Of a stretch of 64,000 bases of DNA, positions 29,425 to 37,515 are shown piece after piece (the stretch's first letter is position 1; the number at the start of each line of letters is the position of its first letter). A program made the position numbers and the translations under genes. The DNA lies in contig CBDCDC010000002.1 in assembly GCA_965215195.1 (NCBI GenBank), positions 4,798,219 through 4,862,218 of the forward strand, read 5' to 3'. This DNA is from Candidatus Latescibacterota bacterium. Lineage in GTDB: Bacteria; Latescibacterota; UBA2968; UBA8231. The notes under the pieces are model-generated. The model was not told the DNA's origin, searched no databases, and saw only the letters and a list, made by a program, of their open reading frames with translations.

Positions 29425-29880
29425 CTACTCGGCAAGAAACCCGTCGGCGTCTTCGAGAGTCAGGTAGCCGGCCTTGATTAATTTCAACACCAAGTCCTCC
29501 GTCTGATAGATTACCAAGTCTCTACGCCGGCGTTGCCCTTCAACGCATGCCCTTCGGTCCTGAAGTCCGGCGACCCAATTCCGCGTAAGCGCAACGGCCA
29601 GAACGGCGCACTCGCCGGCTCCAAGCCGCCCACCTGCCCGAAGCTCAGCAAATAGGGCGACCTCCACCGGATTGCGAACACTTTGTAAATCAAGTATGCC
29701 CTCAGCCACAGCATCTTCAACCGCCTCTTTTTGTTCTGGACGCCTTATTTCACCAAGCACTTGGTCGGGCAACACGACCGGTGTGCCAAGCTGACCGAGT
29801 AACTCAACACGACCGATTTTCACGAAATTCAGCAAGACCGACGCATCGAGGACAATCGGCACCGCGCTTGTCTGCTGCAT
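29425..29880 (-). CDS. PIN-domain (DUF3368-like) protein, possibly prematurely stopped
   Basis: VLDASVLLNF, LGAGECAVLAVA, QDRRA. Frame stays open past the TAG to 29344. Confidence 0.75.
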   Translation of the reverse strand: MQQTSAVPIVLDASVLLNFVKIGRVELLGQLGTPVVLPDQVLGEIRRPEQKEAVEDAVAEGILDLQSVRNPVEVALFAELRAGGRLGAGECAVLAVALTRNWVAGLQDRRACVEGQRRRRDLVIYQTEDLVLKLIKAGYLTLEDADGFLAE

Positions 29881-29890
29881 TCAAAGTACC

Positions 29891-31120
29891 TCAATCCGAA
29901 TCCGCCAAATCGAACATCGTCTCGTCGTCAATATCCAACAATCGCCCCACTTCGAGTAGCCGGCCCTGCGAAATTTCCCCACGCCACCACGCTTCCAGAA
30001 CCAGCGACAGAATCTGCCAATCCAATTCGCGGTCCCAATGTGCCTCGTCTGCGGAATTTTCTACATCGGAAAATGCTCTTACCGCACGCTGGTATTGATT
30101 AGCCTCTGCGGTCTGGTCGAGAAGCGTTTGGGCTTGTTCTAGGCTCACGAGGTTCAAGCCGCGCAACCGCCAAACCGCCGCGGCATAGCTCACCTCAAAA
30201 TGCCAAGCCAAAAGTGCCACGTCTGCGTAGGTTACATGCTGTGAGCGCGCCGGGCTACGCAACTGACCTTGGATACCCTCTTCGGTGACCGCATCCAGCG
30301 CCGCTTCCTCGCGACGCGTACCCCTCCCTTTGCCCAAGTTGTGCAGAAAATCTCGTACGCCCTCTTCGGGCATGAGGAAGGCGGCGGCAAAGGCATTGGC
30401 CCGCTGCTCGGTTTTCGTCTTGGCATTGTGGGCACTCGTAACCGTGGCCGGCTCATCGCGGTCCATGAGTGCGTGACCGTGTTCGTGGGCGTAGGAAAAC
30501 CGCCGCCGCACCGGTGCTTGGGTGAGGTTGGCCAAAATCGCCAAGCCAAAGTCGGGACTGCTCAGAAAGAGACCAGAGATTTCATCCGGCAGAGGCAACG
30601 CGGCCGCCCATATATTCTGGTGGGCTAAGGTCTCAGGCACTTTAACGGGCGCATGGCCCAAATCGAGACGCCGACGCTCCTGCTCGGCTACGAGTTGACC
30701 TTGGTCAATGGCCTGTCCGACCGATCGAGGGGGCGGCAACTCGTAACGTGGCAGGGAAACGACGGCCCTGCGGCCAATTAGCTGTCGCAACGACGCCCCT
30801 TCTCTGAGCAAGCGCAAACAACGCGACGCTTGCTTTTGAACGACCTCGCCTTGCAAGCCGGGTTCGGCGCGAAAGAGCGCGACGACCGGGTCTTCCTTTT
30901 GGACCGAGATATGCGGATCGACGAACCACTCGATCGGCCGACCGTACAAATCCGCAAGACGAGTTAGCTCGAGCGTGGAAACCTGCCGCTGGCCGGATTC
31001 CATGAGGCTGATCGCCGATCTCCGTAGGCCGAGTGCCGCACCGGCGACCTCCTGCGTGAGTTGCCGACTTTCCCGTGCCACGCGCAATCGCCGCCCGATT
31101 TCTTCAAGGGTAATGAGCAT
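29891..31120 (-). CDS. XRE HTH + ImmA/IrrE metallopeptidase fusion
   Basis: RLRVARE...TQE...ISLMESGQR HTH; RRRFSYAHEHGH (HExxH); EQRANAFAAAFLMP. Confidence 0.9.
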   Translation of the reverse strand: MLITLEEIGRRLRVARESRQLTQEVAGAALGLRRSAISLMESGQRQVSTLELTRLADLYGRPIEWFVDPHISVQKEDPVVALFRAEPGLQGEVVQKQASRCLRLLREGASLRQLIGRRAVVSLPRYELPPPRSVGQAIDQGQLVAEQERRRLDLGHAPVKVPETLAHQNIWAAALPLPDEISGLFLSSPDFGLAILANLTQAPVRRRFSYAHEHGHALMDRDEPATVTSAHNAKTKTEQRANAFAAAFLMPEEGVRDFLHNLGKGRGTRREEAALDAVTEEGIQGQLRSPARSQHVTYADVALLAWHFEVSYAAAVWRLRGLNLVSLEQAQTLLDQTAEANQYQRAVRAFSDVENSADEAHWDRELDWQILSLVLEAWWRGEISQGRLLEVGRLLDIDDETMFDLADSD

Positions 31121-31150
31121 GGAGCACCTCCGAGTCAATGACGGCAGTAG

Positions 31151-31179
31151 AGTTTAGATTATCGAACGAATCTTGTCAA
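31151..31179 (-). promoter_or_regulatory. Sigma70-type promoter for the XRE-PIN-CBASS block
   Basis: Minus strand TTGACA-17 nt-TAAACT; an AGATT-N8-AATCT palindrome overlaps the spacer. Confidence 0.6.
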
Positions 31180-31373
31180 ATATAGACATATTCAAAGCGA
31201 AAGAGATGTACGAGATATTTTTAGTTATTGCAGTAATCCGCGTTACGCCTGTTGACATAAATCTCGCGGCGGGCGGGGGGATCAGTGAGCTAGGGGGTCT
31301 CTTGGCTTGGTACGACGCGAGACCGCAAAGCTGGTCCGTCCCCCGCCACCCGTGTAATTTTCAAAGTGACCCA

Positions 31374-31525
31374 CCTACTACACGACACCAGCCCTCAGCC
31401 TGCCAAGGATCGAGGGCATCTTGCCCTCGGCGAGGGCGGGACGCCCGCGATCCCGGACCCAGCGGAAACCGCAGAAAAGGCGTACTCAAAGTAAGGGGTG
31501 CCTACTTTAGGTGGCGTGTACTAAG
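31374..31525 (+). mobile_element. 152-bp MITE copy 1
   Basis: Imperfect 16-bp TIRs (CCTACTACACGACACC / GGTGGCGTGTACTAAG); 8-bp TSD GTGACCCA at 31366-31373 and 31526-31533. Confidence 0.88.
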
Positions 31526-31543
31526 GTGACCCACTACCAACGC

Positions 31544-31697
31544 CCGGTGCGGCCCGGACGATCTGTCCGGCGCGGCTGTTGGCTATTTCGCCTTGTTCAA
31601 CGGCGATCCGCCCATTGACGATTACCCAGTTGATGCCCTGCGGATAGCGGTAGGGATCGGCAAAGTCGGCGCACTCGCCGATAGCTGCGGGATCGAA
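31544..31697 (-). repeat. 154-bp duplicated 3' end of the D-aminoacylase gene
   Basis: Near-identical (about 6 mismatches) to 32308-32461. Confidence 0.95.
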
Positions 31698-31707
31698 GAA
31701 AGCTGTC

Positions 31708-31920
31708 TCAAGTGTCTGCAACAAGCTGCTGAGCCTGTTGGTCAAGCACCCTAATGGTGCCCTGAATTGCGTCGACCTCGCGCTCCTCGAAGTACGCCTC
31801 ACCGCACTGAGCGCAGACCCAAGCCGGGACTGTGTCGAGGACCAAGTGATAGCCGTTGCGGTCGACGTGGAAGGGTGCTTTCGCGCGCTTCATCTGCCCA
31901 TGACAGTGGATGCAGTTCAT
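31708..31920 (-). CDS. YgiT/MqsA-type zinc-finger protein (putative antitoxin)
   Basis: MNCIHC...VPAWVCAQCGE pattern. Confidence 0.85.
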   Translation of the reverse strand: MNCIHCHGQMKRAKAPFHVDRNGYHLVLDTVPAWVCAQCGEAYFEEREVDAIQGTIRVLDQQAQQLVADT

Positions 31921-32249
31921 TTTGGTCTCCTTGTTCGCAAGTCTTGTTCCCACTCGGCCTCTGTGGGAAGGTACGCTGTGATTACTGCGAGAAAATCCTC
32001 CTTAGGCGCACAAACTACATGGATATCTCGCTGGTCAACTCCGTGGCCATGCAGCAGGCAGCTATGGCCGCGTGCGTTCTCGGGATAGTCCTCAATTAGC
32101 TCGCCCTGCATGATAACAACTCTAATCTCATTTGGTCTAATCATTCTGTCCGGTCGTGCCATTTGGCGAACTGCATGGGGAAGAAAGAGCACACGTTGAG
32201 TAGCGGCGCGTTGTACTTGTTCAAGAAATTCTTGTGAAGCCATTCCCAT
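31917..32249 (-). CDS. DUF4258 domain protein (putative toxin)
   Basis: HAVRQM, ELIEDYP, IHVVC, VITAYLP...W; ATGA overlap with the zinc-finger gene. Confidence 0.82.
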   Translation of the reverse strand: MGMASQEFLEQVQRAATQRVLFLPHAVRQMARPDRMIRPNEIRVVIMQGELIEDYPENARGHSCLLHGHGVDQRDIHVVCAPKEDFLAVITAYLPTEAEWEQDLRTRRPK

Positions 32250-32296
32250 ACTCGCCTAAAATTTCGGCAGCCGACATCAGTACCTCAAAGGCTAGC

Positions 32297-33916
32297 TCAG
32301 GTCGAAGCCGGTGCGGCCCGGACGATCTGTCCGGCGCGGCTGTTGGCTATTTCGCCTTGTTCAACGGCGATCCGCCCATTGACGATTACCCAGTCAATGC
32401 CCTGCGGATAGCGGTAGGGGTCGGCAAAGTCGGCGCACTCGCCAATAGCTTTGGGATCGAAAACCACGAGGTCGGCCCAGTAGCCCTCGCGCAATAGACC
32501 GCGTGCGCCTAGGCGGAAGCGGGCAGCCGGGTGGCCGGTGAGCTTGTGGATGGCCTCTGCCCAGCGCAGCGCACCCTGCTCGCGGACGAAGCGGCGCAGG
32601 AAGTAGGGGAAAGCCCCATAGGAGCGGGGGTGGTGCTTGCCCTCGGCCAAGGTGCCCTCGGGCACCAGCGAGAAGCCGTCGGAGATGACGCCGCCGGCCG
32701 GATGGCGGGCGATGTTGAGGAAGTCCTCCTCAGACACGTCCTCGGCCAGCATCCACGGCCGCGCACGCTCTTCGACGAGGATGTCGCAGACCGCGTCGTG
32801 GGGCTGCTGGCCGCGCCGCCGACCGATCTCGGCAAAGCTCAAGCCAACTAGGGCGGCGTTTTGCTCGGCGCTGCCCAGCCAGATCTTGTCCCATTGCCCA
32901 TCCCGCGCCAAGTTGCGCTTGCGGCTGCCGCCGCTCTCGGCCCCGTACTGCCGGGTGTCCTGCTCGATCTGGGCGCGGGTCTCCGGGTCTTGTAGCCGCC
33001 GGAGCAGGGCCTCGTCGCCGCCGGCCAAGGCCCACGGGGGCAACAGCGACTTTAGGGTAGTGCTGCCAACCGTATAGGGAATGGCGTCGCAGCTAATGTC
33101 GCAGCCTGCGCGGCGCTTCTGGTCAATGGCGGCGAGCAGGTCGCGGGTCGCGCCGATCATGGGCGCACCAGGCTGCATGTGCGAGACGTGGGCGGCAACC
33201 GCAGCTTGCTCGCCAACGGCCATGACCTCGCCGACAGCTTGGGCAATCGACTCGGTCTGGTTGCGGATGTGCGAGGTGTAGATGCCGCCGTACTCAGAGA
33301 CGACCTTGCCCAACTCGACGAGTTCCTCCAGCGCCGCATACGGGCCGGGCGCGTAGGCCAAGCCCGACGACAGCCCCATTGCGCCGTCTTCCATTGCGCG
33401 GGCCACGAGTGCCTTCATTTGCTCCATTTCGGCCGCAGTCGGCGGGCGATCTTCGTAGCCCATGGCAGCGACGCGCACATTGCCGTGGCCGACCAACGTC
33501 GCGGCATTCGTGCCCAGTCCATGGGCTTCGAGCCGTTGGAAGTAGTCGCCGAAATGGGTCCAGTCGCACGCCAAGCCGCGGGTCATGGCCGGGTCGAGCG
33601 GGCCGTAGTACGGCTCGTAGTCGCGGGTGGGCGCGGCCGAGACGCCGCAGTTGCCCATGACTTGGGTCGTAATGCCCTGCATCAGGGAACTGAGCGCGCG
33701 GCCGTCGAGGGCGATGGTCAGGTCCGAATGCGTGTGGATGTCGATAAAGCCGGGGCAGGCGATGCGGCCCTCGGCGTCAATGGTGCGGCTTGCTTCGGCT
33801 GTAGAAAGATCGCCGATGGCCACGATGCGGCCCTGCTCAACGGCGATGTCGCCGCTAAAAGCCGGCTGGCCGCTGCCGTCGAGGAGCTGGGCGTTGCGGA
33901 CTAACAGGTCGTACAT
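32297..33916 (-). CDS. N-acyl-D-amino-acid deacylase (D-aminoacylase family amidohydrolase)
   Basis: PGFIDIHTHSD, GITT..GNCG, HPRSYG-F, ADLVVFD. Confidence 0.9.
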   Translation of the reverse strand: MYDLLVRNAQLLDGSGQPAFSGDIAVEQGRIVAIGDLSTAEASRTIDAEGRIACPGFIDIHTHSDLTIALDGRALSSLMQGITTQVMGNCGVSAAPTRDYEPYYGPLDPAMTRGLACDWTHFGDYFQRLEAHGLGTNAATLVGHGNVRVAAMGYEDRPPTAAEMEQMKALVARAMEDGAMGLSSGLAYAPGPYAALEELVELGKVVSEYGGIYTSHIRNQTESIAQAVGEVMAVGEQAAVAAHVSHMQPGAPMIGATRDLLAAIDQKRRAGCDISCDAIPYTVGSTTLKSLLPPWALAGGDEALLRRLQDPETRAQIEQDTRQYGAESGGSRKRNLARDGQWDKIWLGSAEQNAALVGLSFAEIGRRRGQQPHDAVCDILVEERARPWMLAEDVSEEDFLNIARHPAGGVISDGFSLVPEGTLAEGKHHPRSYGAFPYFLRRFVREQGALRWAEAIHKLTGHPAARFRLGARGLLREGYWADLVVFDPKAIGECADFADPYRYPQGIDWVIVNGRIAVEQGEIANSRAGQIVRAAPAST

Positions 33917-34238
33917 GTCTTACCTCGCGTTTCGGATCGGAGTGGTGTTTGTATGAATAACTGCTGTTACGCCGCCTCAGGTATCGCTTCTGCATTTGCA
34001 GAGCCGGTCGGGCATGACGCCGGCACGCCGGCCAGAGACCAAGAGCTCGCAAGCCTGCGCAATCAGTACATAACCAAATATAACCCAAACCGCACTGAAG
34101 AAGCCGCCGACTCTTTCGCGGTGGTGGCCGCGTTGGACGGGTGAGCGCACTCGGCGACCAAGCGTGTTCAAATGACGGGCAACGATGGCTACTCAACGAA
34201 AGCGCAGAAAATCCCTTCCCACAATTTTAAGGGGCATG

Positions 34239-34390
34239 CTTAGTACACGACACCTAAAGTAGGCGACCCTTACTTTGAGTACGCATTTTTTGCTGTTTCC
34301 GATGGGTGCGGGATCGAGGGCGTCCCGCCCTCGCCGAGGGCAAGATGCCCTCGATCCTTGGCCGGCTGAGGGCTGATGTCGTGTAGTAAG
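34239..34390 (-). mobile_element. 152-bp MITE copy 2 (inverted relative to copy 1)
   Basis: Ends CTTAGTACACGACACC...GATGTCGTGTAGTAAG; flanks GGGGCATG / GAGGCATG (8-bp TSD, 1 mismatch). Confidence 0.88.
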
Positions 34391-34701
34391 GAGGCATGTT
34401 TTTGTGCGCGGTCGGATAGCTGAGCGTCCATCGTCGCACTTGAACCAAGGCGGCTCGCAACGCAACAAGCCCAACTCGCTCCCGGCGAGACCATACAACG
34501 CAGGCGGATTGGCGGCTTCGCTCAAGTTGGTTGACCCTCCCAACGCGCATTGATACGTTTTGGCGGCCCCTGCAAACCGACTTTCCGCGGCTGAGGCGTT
34601 ACACCGCCCAAGTCGAGGACTTTGCAACCAACGCGAAGTTATAATGAGACGGTTTGCTCGCGCTCAATCGCCTCTCACTCGAAATCAATGCGAGGTCTAA
34701 T

Positions 34702-36471
34702 ATGAAACGCAGCATTTGCCCCTTGCTCAGCGCGTGGCTGCTCAGCGGCTGCGGCGATAGCCCCTCCCACCAAGCACCCAGCGAGGGCACGGACGTCGCG
34801 GAATCGGCGCTTATACAGGTCCCGCGAAACCGCACCCTAATCATGGATTGCGCCGAAAGCGGCACGTGCGCCGGGCAGATCCAAGACTACAACTCGTTCA
34901 ACCCCTATCTGCCGGAAACCACCTCGCGCACCGGATACAATTTCGCCTTTGAGCCCCTGTACTTTTACAATGCCTTCGAGGGCAAGCTGATTCCCTGGAT
35001 CGCCACCGCTCACCGCTTCAACGACGCCTATACCCAAGTGGAAATCACCCTTCGCCCGGGGGTTGAGTGGAGCGACGGGCAGCCGTGGACGGCGCACGAT
35101 GTGGTCTTTACGATCAACATGCTCAAGGACAACGCGCCCCTGTTGTCCTATTCGACCGACATGAAAAACTGGGTTCGGGAGGCCGTGGCGGTCGATAGCC
35201 TGACGGCGCGCATCGCCCTGACGGCCCCTAACCCGCGCTTTGTCTTTTCGTATTTCACCCACAACTTCGGCAATGGGGTGCCGATTGTGCCCAAGCACGT
35301 GTGGGAAGGGCAGGCGCCCGATACCTTTGCCAACTTCGATCCGCCAAGCGGCTGGCCGGTGTTTTCCGGGCCGTACAAGCTGACGCTCTCCACGCCGCAG
35401 CAGCGGATATGGGACTTGCGGCCGGACTGGTGGGCTGCCCAGAGCGGCTTCCAAGCCCTGCCCAAAGTTGAGCGCATCATCTATCTGCCGTACATGGAGG
35501 AAGCCCAGCGCGTCCAGAACCTGATCACCAACCACCTCGATACCTGCCTAGACCTCCGGCCGCCCAACATCCTGACCGTGCTCGACCGCAACCCCCGCGT
35601 TACGACTTGGACCGGGCGGGAGCCGCCGTATGGGTACGTGGATTTCTGGCCGATTTCGCTGGGCTTTAACAACTTGGAGGCCCCCTTCTCAGACGTGGAC
35701 GTGCGCCGCGCCATCAACTACGCCATCGACCGCACCCAGCTCGTGGCGATCGGCTGGCAGGGAGCGGGCACCGCCACACTCCTGCCCTTTCCCGCATACC
35801 CCGCCCTGCGGCCGTACTTCAGCGAGGTCGAAGATTTGCTGGCGCAACACGAGATTGGGGTCTTTGACTTGGCCAAGAGCGCGGCGCTGATGAAGCGCAT
35901 GGGCTGGCAGCGACCCGAAGGCGGCTATTGGACGAAGGAGGGCGAGCCGTTTAAGATGGTCATCGACATCTCCTCGATTTTCCAAGACATAACGCCGGTC
36001 TTAGTCGCGCAGCTAGAACGAGCGGGTTTTGACGCGGACTTCCGCAACACCCCGGACACCTACACCCGCATGTCGCACGGCACGGCGCGCGCCTTTATCG
36101 AAGGGCACGGCGGCAGCGTGCGCGACCCGTACTTTACCCTGCGGCTCTACCACAGCCGCTTCGTGCAGCCCACCGGCCAGCCAGCCGAGTACTTCTGGCG
36201 CTGGAAAAACGAGGAGTACGACCGGATCGTCGATCAGATGGCCGAAATCGCGCCGCGCGATCCCCAGCTCGTGCAATTGTATCGCCAAGCCATGCAAATC
36301 TGGCTGGCCGAACTGCCGTCGATTCCGCTGTTGCAGTGGTATCACCGCATTCCCCACAACCAGACCTACTGGCGCAACTGGCCTTCGCAATACAGCCCGT
36401 ACATCAACAGTGCCTATTGGCACCGGGTGTGGCTGTTGGTGCTGCTCAATTTGCAGCCGACGCAGGGATAA
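34702..36471 (+). CDS. Peptide/oligosaccharide ABC substrate-binding lipoprotein (family 5)
   Basis: Lipobox LSGC; LRPGVEWSDG-P-TA-DV-FT, GPYKL, VRRAINYAIDR. Confidence 0.88.
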   Translation: MKRSICPLLSAWLLSGCGDSPSHQAPSEGTDVAESALIQVPRNRTLIMDCAESGTCAGQIQDYNSFNPYLPETTSRTGYNFAFEPLYFYNAFEGKLIPWIATAHRFNDAYTQVEITLRPGVEWSDGQPWTAHDVVFTINMLKDNAPLLSYSTDMKNWVREAVAVDSLTARIALTAPNPRFVFSYFTHNFGNGVPIVPKHVWEGQAPDTFANFDPPSGWPVFSGPYKLTLSTPQQRIWDLRPDWWAAQSGFQALPKVERIIYLPYMEEAQRVQNLITNHLDTCLDLRPPNILTVLDRNPRVTTWTGREPPYGYVDFWPISLGFNNLEAPFSDVDVRRAINYAIDRTQLVAIGWQGAGTATLLPFPAYPALRPYFSEVEDLLAQHEIGVFDLAKSAALMKRMGWQRPEGGYWTKEGEPFKMVIDISSIFQDITPVLVAQLERAGFDADFRNTPDTYTRMSHGTARAFIEGHGGSVRDPYFTLRLYHSRFVQPTGQPAEYFWRWKNEEYDRIVDQMAEIAPRDPQLVQLYRQAMQIWLAELPSIPLLQWYHRIPHNQTYWRNWPSQYSPYINSAYWHRVWLLVLLNLQPTQG

Positions 36472-36474
36472 CGC

Positions 36475-36495
36475 CTTAGTACACGACACTATAGG
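36475..36495. mobile_element. Collapsed MITE footprint
   Basis: CTTAGTACACGACACTATAGG flanked by GATAACGC direct repeats (36467-36474 and 36496-36503). Confidence 0.75.
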
Positions 36496-36528
36496 GATAA
36501 CGCAACAACACGCTCAGAGAGGTACACA

Positions 36529-37515
36529 ATGAAATTGCGCCGATGGACTATCGCGGCTGTTTTGGGACTAGTCGCCCTAAGCTGCGGCGATCAACAAGAA
36601 GCTCCTGAAAAGAAAAAACTCAAGATCGCCGGGATCGTCTTTCAGGAGGACCAGTTTTTCCGCCTGATCCAGTTTGGAATGCAGGACGCGGCCGACAAAG
36701 CGGGCGTCGAGCTGCTGCTGGCCAATAGCGCGAATAAGCCGGACAAAGAGATTCAGCTAGTCAATACCTATATCGCGCGCGGCGTTGATGCCATTGTAAT
36801 CTCGCCCCTGAGCGCCAAAGCCTCGGCTACTGCATTGCAGCGGGCCAAGGACGCCGGGATCGTGGTGGTGACCTACAATTCGACGGTAGAAGGGGATATT
36901 CCCGTCGCCTATATCGAGAGCGACCAAGGGGACTTGGGCCGACAGACCGGGCTTGTGGCGCGGCGCTACATCGAAGAGCAGCTAGGAGGACGAGCCAAAA
37001 TTGCGACTCTCGCCTTCAAGTCGCAGCTCGCCGAGCAAAGCGACGCACGTCGCAACGGCTTCGTCGAGGTGGTGGGGCAGTTGCCGGGCGTGGAATTCGT
37101 CGCCGAGCAGGACGCCTGGTTGCCGGCGATGGCCCTCAAGAAGGCCGGGGACATTCTCACGGCCCATCCAGAAATTGACATCTTATGGTCGGCCAACGAA
37201 GGCGGCACCGTCGGGTCGGTGATGGCGGTCAAAAACGCCGGGCGGGAGGGGCAGGTCGCCGTCTTTGGCACCGATGCTAGCCAGCAGCTCGTCGAGTTCG
37301 TGCTCGCCGATGACGGCATCTTGCAGGCGCTTACCACCCAGACCCCTTTTGAACTGGGCGCAAAGGCCATCGAGCTGGCCGTCGGGGCGCTCAAGGGCCA
37401 AGAGGTCGCGGCCAAGGTGGTGATGGACGGGGTGCTTTTGGCGCGTCAAGACTCGGCCGGAGTGCGGGCCTTTGGCACGCGGCTCGCGGACCTGATCGCC
37501 CTCGGCAACCAGTGA
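36529..37515 (+). CDS. Sugar ABC transporter substrate-binding lipoprotein (RbsB-like)
   Basis: Lipobox ALSC; GVDAIVISP; periplasmic binding protein type I pattern. Confidence 0.88.
   Translation: MKLRRWTIAAVLGLVALSCGDQQEAPEKKKLKIAGIVFQEDQFFRLIQFGMQDAADKAGVELLLANSANKPDKEIQLVNTYIARGVDAIVISPLSAKASATALQRAKDAGIVVVTYNSTVEGDIPVAYIESDQGDLGRQTGLVARRYIEEQLGGRAKIATLAFKSQLAEQSDARRNGFVEVVGQLPGVEFVAEQDAWLPAMALKKAGDILTAHPEIDILWSANEGGTVGSVMAVKNAGREGQVAVFGTDASQQLVEFVLADDGILQALTTQTPFELGAKAIELAVGALKGQEVAAKVVMDGVLLARQDSAGVRAFGTRLADLIALGNQ

Noticed and set aside
31173-31529. 118-aa ORF sharing peptide sequence with the ORF at 34193-34627
   Set aside because: The shared peptide is only the translated MITE; it is not a gene family.
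31521-31802. 93-aa ORF with an aminoacylase-like C-terminus
   Set aside because: Artefact of the duplicated 3' end; its stop is supplied by the MITE end.
31374-34390. Composite transposon or invertible segment bounded by the two inverted MITE copies
   Set aside because: Each copy has its own distinct 8-bp TSD, indicating independent insertions; no recombinase is present.
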